DNA from: Balanoglossus misakiensis
Taxonomy: Eukaryota; Animalia; Hemichordata
Length of the DNA stretch: 64,000 bases
Direction of reading: 5' to 3'
Assembly (NCBI GenBank): GCA_040954595.2
Contig: CM082587.2
Location: 1,387,500 to 1,451,499 of the forward strand
Shown one piece after another: positions 44,734 to 57,428 of the stretch (its first letter is position 1; every line of letters begins with the position of its first letter). A program made the position numbers and the translations under genes. The notes under the pieces are model-generated. The model saw only the letters and a program-made list of their open reading frames with translations, searched no databases and was not told where the DNA came from.

Positions 44734-47700
44734 ATGGGCATCAACCTCGGAGAAGAGTTTCCAAACTTCAGTGCCGACACTTCAAGTGGCGCGATAAAAT
44801 TTCATGATTGGCTTGGCGGATCGTAAGTATCGTACGTTTAGTATTGACTGCCCAGAAAGTGGAACACCAAAGCTTTGCACGAAATGAGAACATGTGCGGC
44901 GTCTGTTACGTGATGCGTGGCTCGTTCGCACTATGGACCCTCGTGAAACTCGAGAGTCTATGTTCATACGTGTTTGCCAAGAATCATGGAGTAGCTCCAT
45001 GCTAAGAGTTAATGTTCTTGTAGTTGTCCAGGTATATTCACGGTGAACAATTAGTACTTCCAGGGTCCAAGGCTCCATGGGTACCCCACACAATACATTC
45101 CAGGGAGTGGCATGCATGGCACCACTTGTTATAATAATGGATTCGGGTCTTGCTTTATACCTGCCGGGTCGGAGTGCCCTCAAAAGTACTCAGCACAGTG
45201 GCAGGGCAACTCAAGTCATTATTTCAGACTTATTACAGCTAATAGATAGCAGATAACTCTTTTCCATTTTCAAGTAATTTTGCTGAGTCATAGTCATGTA
45301 GTGGTTTGGTTTAAAGGTCCATGAGCTGCCAGTTTAACTTTTGGCATAGTTTGAATGAGATAAAAACCTCTGTCCAAAGACACAATTTTGAAATTGTGAA
45401 ATTCGCAATCTTGCAAGTGAAGCTGAAACGTACAGTGATAATGGGAGATTGGTAATATGCTTATGAAGACCAGTCAGTATAAAAAGGTTACTTTAATATG
45501 GACCAATTTAAGTTTGAAAGTAAAATCATGAATTTATATGTGTAGCAGCTAGAGTTTATAGAAGAACATAAGAGCTTTTAAAACATTCCCAGTTTTGCCA
45601 ATTGTCAGATTAAAACATTACTTTGGATTCTCTTGTGCTAAACTTCATATCTCACCTTATGTAAGCATAATTGATTAGCAAATGCCAAAGTCAGATTACT
45701 GTACTGTGATATAACCAAAATTGAATTTTTCCTTGGTTACATTTGGAGATCTCACCACTGAAAAATACCAGGATGCATCCAGGTTTTTCATTGGCTCTGA
45801 AAGAGTCTGAATTGTAGACACTGCCCTGGATTGAACGGAAGCACGTTAATACAAACAGTCTCTTTGAAAATTGCCTAGGTTGGCATGGTGATGTGACCCT
45901 TAAGTGACCTCCAGGATATCACTTAAGCAACTTGTCTCGCTGACCCATTAACTGAGTTTGTGAGCATCAGAAAACGAGGTTAACCTCAGGTTAACTTTTC
46001 AGTCACTTTACCCTTCAAACTGTTCTGACCTCCCGGTGAACTCGAAGAGTCTGTATTCCACCAGCTGATGTCAAAGGTCATAATAATGCAAACAAATGAT
46101 TTCAATGATATCAGAGTGTTGCCCAGGGTTGTAGAGGAATTTCATTCAGAGGTCTCAGTATCCAGCATCCATATGTCATTTTAGATGACATGCATGTTTG
46201 CCATATGGACATTTGGCATCTGTTGGGCAAATTGGAACTCCCACAAATGATTTCAACGTGTCTGCTCTCTCATAACTGAATCCCTCTTCATGATGAACTC
46301 ATTACTGGAATGACAACAAATAATCTGAGCTAGCTAATTAGATTTCATAGCATTCACATATTCTGAAATCAAAAAACAAAATCGCACTTCATTAAAGTAC
46401 ACACTGCTGTCAGCCCATGTAAAGGTTGCATTGTAAGAAAGTATTTTAAAAATTTCATTTTTTCTTTACAGCTGGGCGATTCTGTTTTCCCATCCAGCTG
46501 ATTACACTCCAGTGTGTACGACCGAGTTAGGCCGGGTGGCTCACCTGGTTCCCGAGTTTCAGAAGCGGGGTGTGAAATTGATTGCCCTGTCATGTGACTC
46601 CGTAGAATCTCACAAAGGATGGATTGAGGTATGCATGCATATCAATGCAGCATTATTGTTCAGCCTTGTTTTTTTAATACAAAAATTTGACTTCAGTGTA
46701 CTTTGTGTCTGGATAATGGATGCTCTATTCTGTATAATGCCAACTAACAATTAGTTGACATGATTTAATGGAAATGCATGTCTGTACTGGAATTTGGGAC
46801 ATCACTCTGGTATGCGGTACAGGTCGTCAAGTGGTAACATGTTTTGCTACTGTACATATGAACTGACCCCCAAAATATAAAATCAAAGAATGATGGAGTT
46901 TAATATGATCCCATACATCAGAGAAAATCTGGAAAGTTCTACATCTTCCTTTTTCTCCGTGCAGGACATCAAGGCATATAATGGTCTCAAGGAATTCCCC
47001 TATCCCATCATCGCTGATGAGAAGAGAGAACTTGCTGTCAAGTTTGGAATGGTGGATCCCGTCGAGAAAGATGCAGCTGGTCTGCCGCTCACTTGCAGAG
47101 CTGTAAGTGGAACAGATCAGATAAAAGCTAGGGGGTCATTGAAGATGTTAAGGGGTAGCAGAATTTGAATTGCTTATTTTGTAAAAAGTGCCTATGTCCG
47201 GCCGGTCTAAAATTGAAAAAAGAAGTCTACATTTGCGATGATTTGTTGACTAAGGCTCATTCATCTTGTTTTAACTCTTAAACAGCAGAATATGTGAAAT
47301 GTGAGCAATATCATATTTCTTCAGGCTTTGTATCTTTGAATGCATACATTCTTCAAGAGATCATATGGCCTACTCTTGTTCTTCTCCTTGCCAGGTTTTC
47401 GTCATTGGACCCGACAGAAAACTCAAACTTTCTCTGCTGTACCCAGCCACTACAGGAAGAAACTTCGAGTGAGTGTGAAAATCAGTTGATCATTTTCCTC
47501 TTGTCTTTATTTGGTTCTTTGAAACGATGCCAATCCCTGACAATGGCAGCTTCAGAAAAGTAGTGTCAGACTGTAAATGAAAACATGAATCCAATTGCCA
47601 TTTGCACCGTCATCAGTGAAAGCCAAAGCAAAATCACTGTGACATCACACATTGACATCGATTCGACTACATTCATTCTCAGTCATGTACAAACTTCACA

Positions 47701-48597
47701 ACACACAAACCACGACAGTTGAAAATTCATTTCCTCAAGAAGATAATAACTGGTCGTCTGCCGGTCTCGCGTATCAGCTTTGAATAGATCAAATCTACGT
47801 ATCGCTAGCTTTTTCGCGTATAACTACAATCAAGGCATTGGAAGACGGTTAGGGTTCTCGCGCTGATGGAAAGTTTGCGGATAGCAAGAAGGCATGTAGC
47901 TTACAAGAACAAACAATTTTCAGAAGTGCACGCGGTCAAAGCTTGTGTTGAAACGTGATACAACAATTTTATTTCACAAATGCTACGCGAATCAAGGTAC
48001 AGGCAAGTGACTAGGTAAGAAATAGTGTCAAGTCTCCCAAAGAGCCTTCAATTGTGATTTTCATTTGAACACTTGTCAGTGAATGTCATTCAAAGCTCAA
48101 TTCAAAACATCTCATTAAAAAAGAATTTATAAAGAATGCTAAAAACCAGAATTTTGATGTGGATAGACTCTCATATTGACACATCTGTTTTTTCTAATCA
48201 ACAGTGAAATTCTCAGAGTTGTGGACTCATTGAAGTTGACAGCTGAAAAGAAGGTTGCCACTCCAGCTGACTGGAAGGTAAGATTTTTAGGAGCTTGTAG
48301 GGTGAAAAGTCACACAACACATGGGGGGGGGGAGGGGAATATCTCAAGCCAGAACTTCACTATGGTTCTACTTCATGACTGTGACAAACTTTAGAAAAAC
48401 AGAGATGTATCCTTTTTGCATTGAAATGGATTACTGACAATGTTTTATTATTTTATTATCGCTCACAGGATGGAGATAAGTGCATGGTGATTCCATCGGT
48501 CAAAGCTGAAGACGTTCCAAAACTCTTCCCGAAGGGTGTGGAGATCCAAACTGTGCCATCTGGCAAGGGATATCTGCGCTTGACCCCCCAACCCTGA
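44734..48597 (+). CDS. PRDX6: Peroxiredoxin 6 (1-Cys peroxiredoxin), 219 aa
   Basis: Exons 44734-44822, 46472-46628, 46965-47102, 47395-47468, 48205-48277, 48469-48597. Active site [37 protein letters not shown]-terminal [19 protein letters not shown] at 48842. Confidence 0.97.
45281..45291 (-). promoter_or_regulatory. Antioxidant response element (CNC-sMaf/Nrf2 site) in PRDX6 intron 1
   Basis: TGCTGAGTCAT; reverse strand reads ATGACTCAGCAAAATT, the full consensus with AT-rich flank. Confidence 0.5.
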
Positions 48598-50831
48598 ACG
48601 AGCGCCCCCTAGTGCCCAGTCTGCCAATACGCAAAAAAAATAAATATAGGCAGCAACCTGATCAACATATCATTTTAGGATCATAACATTTAACTGAATC
48701 ATGTAACAAAGGTAGATTGCTATGGGTGAATGACAAAATATCCAACATGGTGGTGTAGCAACTTTGCTAATCAGAATGGAAATCATTTTCTAACTTTTAT
48801 TGATTCCAATATGTATGGAGTATTACAGGGTTTATTAATTCAATAAATAACCAGACTGCACTTGTGCCTTACACGGATAGTAATCCTTTTATGTGGAATT
48901 TTATAGGAAAAAATTGGGATCACCTATTCCTTTCAGTATTATAAGCCTGGTGAATATTATACTTTGTATACAAACCATGAGAGAGAATACCTGACCAGAG
49001 AACTGTGTGTTATAATGGTTAAAGGCTAATGTCTTGAAGGATTTGCATGCACCAACAGACCCATCTTTGTAAAACGCACAAAGTAGACAAGAGATCTTGA
49101 AGTTGTGGACTACAGAATTACTATGTAATGTATGAATGTGCACTCCTTTTTCACCAAATACAGTTTTGTTTATAATGCTGAAACTCGTCTGCTGTTGTGA
49201 ATATTTTAGTATCGTAAAAACTAAAGCAGCTGCTTTGTAGTTTGGTCTTTGTGATAGTGAAATATGGGAGAGCGTGTTCTTGAGGGACTGTGAGTCAATG
49301 CACCTTGCATAATTCTGCTGTGTGTATTGTTGATGAAGCCAGCTTTCATAAGTAATCACACAAACGAGAGAATTATTGTGACATACATGTAGTTGCATTA
49401 TTTATTGCCAACACCTTTCAAAATAAAAATAAATCTGCATTTCAGAATTGAAAACGTATACTGTTACAAAGACAAGATTCTGGACATTGCAACGAAAGCT
49501 TACATTTCCAAAGTGTTGTATCCTTGGAATGTGAACATTGAGTTACGGATATTTCAATACATTGTAGACAAAATATTATCCCAGTTTGAAATGGAATGAA
49601 GATCCAGATTGATTTTCATGACATTTTGTTCTAATTAGTCTGCCAATCATTCCCTGTCTTGATCCAGCAAATTATTTGCAGGACTCACAGTCAGGTTTTT
49701 CACAAAAACTTCTCAAATTCATCTCCTGGAGATGACAGAAGTTTGGCAGCCATTCTGACTGTCAAATATTGGTAAATTTGAAAAATAATTTGGTTCTCTG
49801 GTCTAAAATTTAGCACAGTTACACATGACTTTCTCTGGCTTGTAGATTTTATGAGAAACTTAAGTTCTCTTTGATCACTGAGGTGGCTAAGATTATGCAG
49901 TTCAGCTTGTACACATCAAATTGCCTTCACTAAGTTTCATGGCAAACACTATATACTGTTGCACACTGCCGCATCAAGCAATCTTCCGTAATTATAACTC
50001 CATATCCTAAAAATATGCATTCTTATTAAAAGGCAAGGTAAATATTTCCTTCAAAATCATCAGCCTCATTTTGTGAAAGGAAAATTTTCTGTAAACATAA
50101 AAGAAAACCGGCATACTGGAAGGAAAGGGAGATTATCAGAACAAATCAAATATTTAAAGAACTTTCAGGTAGTGGCTTTAACAATTCAAATTTTTCACAT
50201 GCTTTTTACTACATACACATACATACATAACTTCCTTACTTTCACATAAGAAATCACAGATATTTACTAGTAGATGACTAAAATATTGTATGTACAGCCC
50301 CCCCCCTTCCCTCATCACCAAATGAAATCAGAAATCTGGTGTATGAGAAGCTCTCAAATTCAGAGCACACATGGATATTGGACCAGTAAATCACAGGGAA
50401 TATTTGTACAACACTTGCCACGACAACAGAACAAAATTGCAATTTCCCTCAATCTGGTCAAATCATGTGCTTATTCCTGAGTTTGGTCATTTGCCCTTTC
50501 ATCAAGGGACATTAACTTCAGTCCTCAGCATTCGAACAAAAACTGGATATACCCTTGAGCACAATTTGGTTAAAAGTTTGCGTTTATGGTTTAAAAGATA
50601 CTAAACCCTCACAGGGGCAGTGATTAGAATCCAGAATTGTAAAATGAAGGCATAATCCTCCAAGTAATTCTTGTGCGACAAAAAGCGAGGTTTCCTGATT
50701 TAAAAAAAAAATATTGCATACTGTGGCAAGACTAAGTTGAGAGCAATATCTTTAAGAACACTGCATAGAGTTGCTCAATAGTTTAAAAATTGCACAATCT
50801 TTCTTGACAACTTTTAAAAGTGTATACTTAA

Positions 50832-51441
50832 AGGGGAAATCCGTCGTAGCTGATTTCTACATAATTTGGTAGCTTTGATGTCACTCTTTCAGAAAAAAAC
50901 ATATTCGCCATGTATAGGTCGCGCGATTTTTTACAAAATCTAGGGAAAGTTGGCAATATGGCGTTTACTGTAATTTGAATCATGGGAAAAAAAGCGCCAG
51001 GACCAACTTCCGCCCACCATGGTGTGGGTGATACCATTCTCCGATAGGTGTCACTGGGCGACAGACTAGGCGTATTTTCATAGCTATTGTTTGTTCTTTG
51101 CATCAGTTGATAAACAATCATCAGCAAAGTCGAAAATTTGTCATCTATTGACAGTTTTCATGAGCTATAACCCATGGAAAATATGCAAATACGCTTAGCT
51201 TGTGACGCAGTGACACCAATCGGAAAATGGTATCACCCACACTAAGGTGGGCGGAAGTTGGTCCTGGCGCTTTTTTTCCCATGATTCAAATTACAGTAAA
51301 CGCCATATTGGAAATTCTGCCAACTTTCCCTAGATTTTGTAAAAAATCGCGCGACCTATACATGGCGAATATGTTTTTTTCTGAAAGAGTGACATCAAAG
51401 CTACCAAATTATGTAGAAATCAGCTACGACGGATTTCCCCT
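50832..51441. mobile_element. 610-bp palindromic (foldback) MITE with TTAA target-site duplication (Kolobok-like)
   Basis: ttaa|aggggaaatccgtcgtagctg ... cagctacgacggatttcccct|ttaa; arms over 200 bp and nearly identical apart from a 9-bp indel. Confidence 0.93.
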
Positions 51442-51940
51442 TTAATACATGATTTGGCAATCAAAACAAGGATAAACTGGTGAATGAAACTTAATAGAAC
51501 AAATTATATACACAAATATATACAGATGCAAGCATAGTAGCTATTTACCCTGTACAGCTGGGAAATGCTGGCATTTATGAAACAAAAATGCACACAAGCT
51601 GCAATTCCACATCGTTCAGACAAAAGTTTACGACCATTTCCCACTGAAAAAGAAACTGGCTGGTGGGTATGGCGCCCTCTAGAACACTTCTGGAAACATT
51701 TGTCATTTTGACGTACAGCACCATTAAAATTTTTAAGCACATTCATGTTGTACAAGGTGCAACCAGTCTGTGTCACTACTAAGTATGTCAGCAATCAACT
51801 GCCAACTCTCCCTTTAAATTTTCAGAGATTCTTGACAAATGTGAGTTGATTGACAGCGACACAATTCGCATGTAAATACAAATGTTTGTGTGCATCGTGG
51901 TGAGTTGCAAAGTGATGCGTATGCATTTCAGACATGTTCA

Positions 51941-54900
51941 TCAGACATGTATCGATGCAGACTGTTTCAAACTGAGCTTCATCTTGCTGTTTTTCTTCTT
52001 CACAACCGGTCGCCGTTCATTGGGTGATGTCAAAGATTTTCTTCTGAGAACAAACTGAAGGTCTGTGACTGCCTGGTTCATTGCATAGAACACGTTACAC
52101 TTGTCTGGGATTTCTAACTCTGTGGAAATGAAAAAATTATGACAATTTGAAATTGTGTAATACAGTTGACATTTTGTAGGCTGCTTTACTCTGATTGGCT
52201 CATGGAAAACTAACAAACCTTTCGCAACTCAAAGTCAAAGACTCAAAAAAAAAAAGAATCTGTGGAAATTGGCATTACTGTGAAACCTACCTCCATCTTC
52301 AAGAACCTGAATCAGGCAATATTCATCAACAGGCTGATCTTCTTTGCAATGTTTTGAAAGTGCGGTTGCTATGACAGCCGATGTGTGTTCCTCGTTTCCC
52401 AACTGTCAAGAAAGCAAACCGTGTCTGCCATGTTAATCAATTGTAACATCGAATCGTAGAACACAGGCCTGTATTCAACTCAGACTGCTATGTAGTGCCC
52501 TCTTGTATACGTACCAGGATACTTTTGTACATGTTGCCCTGACTCTCTTCCTCCGCAAGACTGACTTTGATGATGCAGCTCGTCTCTGAGAGGAACCCCG
52601 GTGATGTAATGGCAGAAGGGGTTGACGACTGAACTGATGATGATAATGATGATGGCAACGCTGAATCAAATGACAGAAATGATGAACACGACGATGACCT
52701 TGATAACATCTGAAAGAGAAAAAAAGAAACTGCATGTTACTAATATAATCAATAATATTTGCATTTTTTTTATTAAATAATCTGTGGTTGGTTTCCACTT
52801 TCCTGGTGGCATACATAGAAGACCTTAAATTTTCACTCCCCTAAATTCTGTGTTTCGAGGGGCATATTATTTCTCTTACCTTGAAGTCTGATGGTGGAGA
52901 TTCAGCACTTGAAAGGCTGGTTCTGTCGTCAGAACTTGTTGAACTACCAGACGATGAAGACCACGGAAAGATCTCAGATTTCCGTCTCAATGTCCTGTAA
53001 AAAATCCAGTTTCCAAATGTTGAGTTTCTATCACACAACAATAATCCCAAATTGAATGAATATATCATCAGCATGGAAACTGACGTTGTATCATTCATCA
53101 GACACCATGAAAAGTATTATTAACTACTACACCAAACTTACCTGAAACCGAGGTCCCTCTTGCTTTTTGTCACGACTCCATCATCTTTCATCAACTGTTG
53201 ACGTGAATTTGGACTCAGAGGTTCAATGATGCAAGACAGCTGATAACTGAAAGCAAAAAAAATACTCAAAGTTGTGACTAAAAATCTCACAGTTGTGCCG
53301 TACCTCACCACAAAAAAGAACGAGAAAATATTTCATAGATATATATTTGTCACTTCTCTTTACATACCTTTGGTCCTCGCTGTAAGTTTTCACTCCATTG
53401 AACCATCTTTCAAAAGCAGCATCTGCACGTATTTGATAATTCTTGGCAGCTTTCTGCAATAGTTTGATTTGAGCCAACAACTCAAATTCCTTTTGAAAAG
53501 AAAAGTACTTCACCGTTACATTCTCAATTTGTATTGTGCTCTGAAACTATACCACTGTTCATTGAGATAAAACTCCTTCTGAAAATGACAATGATCAAAT
53601 CATGCATGCATAAATAAACAATAATGTATACCTTTCTTTTCTTCTCAAAATTGATGTAACCATTTTCTAGGACATCCGGATAGGCAGTGTGTATCATCAT
53701 CAGATCTGTTAAAAATGTTCCGAGGTAGGGTACCGTACCATGAATTATGCTCTGTGTACAAAATAAATAACATCCCACATTTAGAAATGACTCCTGAGTG
53801 GTATAGTGCAGCCACAGAAAATATCGGGACTGTGTTGTCATGGTGAACCACTGATTGACACGGATTTCTGATTGTTAGAACTATACTGGTTGTCATGGAG
53901 ATACTCCGGCGACTTACAGAGTCAATCTTCCTGAGAGTCTTCTTACTGGTCTGTCGTCGTATCGTTTTACTCTGAAACGAAGATGAACTCTCCACAAACT
54001 TGGCAGTGCCTTCCTGCAATAAATAAGAATCAAGAAAGAACCACAAGGTGTTTACTAAGAAAGTTATAGATTGATGCATTGTCTGAAGTCTGCACTGATA
54101 ATCGGTATAATACAGAGCTCAAATTGTGTTTGCAGTGTGTTGCTTAAAGGGACAAAGTCTCTCTCTCACTCTTCTTTTCCCATTTATTGTTTGATTCACT
54201 ACACTGTCTATGCACATGTGGATATATAGTGAATCAACATTCAACCATCACGTTTGTAGGATATGAGAGTAAAAATCTCGCCAAAATGAATAAATGGTAA
54301 ACACCGAATATTCATTTTGCTCTCCCGTCTACAAGTGGGATGGAAGGTGTGTGTGGTTGAACTATGAGTAAAATTTCTACATAATGTTTACCATAGAGAT
54401 TTTCAAAGTCACTAAATTTGGCGGCCATTTTGAATTCCATAGACTAAGCACAGATATAGGCGGCCATTTTGAACCTCAAATTTGGCGGCCATTTTGAAAG
54501 TCTTAATTTTAAGACAATTTTGGCGAGATTTTTACTCTCTCATCTATATGCAGGATGGAAGTTGTTTGTGGTTGAACGTTGATTCACTATATACAATGGT
54601 GTCTTGTATCAAACATACTTAATGGGAAAAGGGCAGCAAGAGAGAGACTTTGTCCTTTTAACAAGGTGTAGTTTGGCTAAAATTGTAACATGGTTTCATG
54701 ACATGTGATGTACACTTATTGTACTGTCCACTTCTTTGGAATTATCACACCATTCTACTGTCTACAGTCACTTCTTTTTCTTTCATGTCAACGACTAACA
54801 TGGTCACAAACCTTCATTAGAATTTCTCTCCAGGCTTCATGGTTATTATCTTCTGAAAATATTTCAGTCAGTTCTTCAAATGTCATCATGGCATCTCTGT

Positions 54901-57428
54901 CAACCAAAAAGAGAGAGTGAACACAAAGTTAGAGGAGTTGAATTCATGTTTATCAAGGTTTCAAATAATCAAAATAATATCTGTTGAATGTTCACTCACC
55001 TGGATATTGCTGACCACGTCTTCTTCAACCTGTGAATGCAGCTTGCTTGTAACCCAGAGAGAATAGCCTTCAAAGATGAGAAATTTTTCAAATTCCGGCA
55101 TTCCTGCAAGCAATGGAAAGTTTCGTTATTTCACCCCACCACTACCAATGACACTGTTTCTGACACCACAGAGTGAATTGCTGTTTCTTCACAGCCAGTC
55201 ATTAATTCAGATCAATTCACTACCACCATTTCCTATACTTTATTGAAATTTTAATTACCTGAGCTATGTAGATCCATTTGGTGACGACCTTTGCCCTCTG
55301 TGAGGGCTTAGCTGCCGCATTTCTCAGAATCGTCGAGATGACTTGATAGGAAACTTTGTTGAACTGATCTACAGTGGCTTTCACTGTATTTGCGATGCTC
55401 TCTCCCTTCTCTCGACGGGACCAGATTGCGCCTAGACAATGTTGTGGTACGACTTTCTTAAACAGCTCCTATAAATATAAATAATCATCATCATCATCAT
55501 CATCACCATCATCCATTGGGAGCATCGATCCTTTGTCTGGATGTCTTATCATTCCTTCTGGAGGTAATGCTCGCTGCTCTCTACAACTTATAAGTTACCA
55601 GATGTACAGTTACTGATTTACATGGACTTACCGCATCTAGATATGTCAGCTGATCAGCAATGAAATCATCTTCCATTCCCTGGAATGTGAGTTCTTTTGG
55701 GCAGTCCATCATGTAATCTACTTCTTCGCAGATTGAGAAGGTGAAATTCTTTTCACTTGACAAGGGTGATGAATCGAAAGACAGCGTCACTCCTGAAAGA
55801 ACGTCACACTCTTATTTTAAACAATCATTTTAAAATCCCCCTAAATAGTGCAATATTCCTCCTTAAAATTGTCAGCAAGGGTAAAGCCCCCTCTGTCTTA
55901 TGACAACCAGTACACTTCAGTAGAATATTCCAGAACTGAAACTTACCACTAAGATCAAGTCCAAAGATATCCTCTTTTTGCCATCTTTCCAACTTCCTCC
56001 GACACTTCTCAGCCAACTCCTTGTCTTCCATGTTCTCTCTGGCAAATTCCATGAGTGTGGTGAGACAGGGATAATCCGGAGGCTGTCGGAATTCTTCTCC
56101 GTACTCATCTAGCCACATAGTTAGTATGGATTGCACGGATCTGTGTGGAAGCAGAATATTGGTATATTACATTACTATTTCACAGCTTCTAATGGAATGG
56201 ACAAAAAATTATAATATATTTGTGGAAAAATGTACAAAAAATGTGAAGAAAAAGAAAGACTCACTTCTTGATCAAAACTCTGGTCCCCTTCTTGAGATTT
56301 GGATTTCTGTTCTTGTCAGACATTGACGAATATCTGCATATCAGGAAAAAAATTCCCACAATGAAATCAGGTACATAGTAAGTAGATGATGATTTTCCGA
56401 TATTATCAAAATAAACATGCAGTATAATTGAAACTAAATTCAAGTGTACCTTAAAGTCTATTCAAACAGCAAGATAAAACTCAGTATCGTTTCCCAGTTA
56501 CGTACAAACAGTGACACGTGGAGGCGGGGATAATATACAGTATTATTTCTCCATGGATTGCAATGATGAAACTTTGGAAATTTTCCAGAAGTCAAACAGA
56601 TGTAGGTCTAGATATCACCCAGACAGGAAGAGAAACTTCAGTTTACTTGGTACACACATCAGATTATACGTCTCAGTTTTCAATCAGTTACATGTACAGG
56701 CAATAGACATGACGTCATAACTACATGAAGTTCAGATTTTCTTTTTCTTGCTCACCTTTTAAAAAGTAAATCAAGAACTTCAGAAGTAGTTGTAAATGTT
56801 TGGTAAGTGTTTAAATAGACATTAATAAAACTTGAATTCATTTGGTTCATGGCTTGACTGAGTTGTTCCACCAGTTTCTCTGGTGAGGCGGCTTTAATAC
56901 TGTAATCTCGTTTGGTTTCCCATAGCAACCCTGCTGCGTCCTCTATTTTAGAGTTGTTAGTCTTCTTGGTTGTGTCTTGATTTTGACTGAACTGTAAATG
57001 AACAAATACAGATAAGAAGATTGTTGTATGAGTTTGTCAAAAGGCAATGGAATTCTGAAAATAGGACACAAAACTGAAATAACTCTGAAATTCTTCGATT
57101 TTGTCTGAATCATGAATCTGATGCAATCAAATAGCTTGTCACCCATGCTGGCAAGGCACACCCCTTAGAGTCCACAGTGCACAAAATTGATCAAAGTTTA
57201 CTTTGCAAATGAGATAAACTTTGCACACTTGTACATGACAACGCAGGTATATATAATAATAGCCCGGAGACCAAGCGTCGATCTAATATAACGACAGACA
57301 CATACCTCAGGATCGGTAAATGTGGGAGTCGTCTGACTGGATGAACTGTATCGTATTTTACGAAGGTGGACATTGTAAATGATCCCGTCAATTTCCTCTT
57401 CGCCCCACAACGTCCGTGTACCATCCGT
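51941..57428 (-). CDS. RGL1: Ral guanine nucleotide dissociation stimulator-like (RalGDS/RGL family: REM, CDC25 RasGEF, RA domain); start exon lies further upstream
   Basis: 16 phase-consistent exons: 57428-57306, 56991-56756, 56333-56265, 56140-55947, 55792-55632, 55468-55259, 55103-55000, 54896-54812, 54013-53918, 53751-53632, 53489-53368, 53246-53142, 52994-52880, 52709-52515, 52402-52291, 52119-51941. Motifs [60 protein letters not shown]. Symbol is tentative (likely pro-orthologue of RALGDS/RGL1-3). Confidence 0.94.
54148..54657. mobile_element. TTAA-flanked MITE (Kolobok-like) with nested inverted repeats, RGL intron
   Basis: ttaa|agggacaaagtctctctct ... agagagagactttgtcctt|ttaa; internal inverted pairs (gagagtaaaaatctcgccaaaat / attttggcgagatttttactctc) and three ggcggccattttgaa motifs. 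Confidence 0.85.
55485..55512. repeat. (CAT)n microsatellite
   Basis: Directly visible in an RGL intron. Confidence 0.8.

Noticed and set aside
45311-45582. Possible fourth TTAA-flanked MITE in PRDX6 intron 1
   Set aside because: Left end ttaaaggtcc is suggestive but there is no convincing matching right TIR.
50828-51445. Two near-identical ORFs on opposite strands
   Set aside because: Mirror translations of the arms of the palindromic MITE; no transposase motifs.
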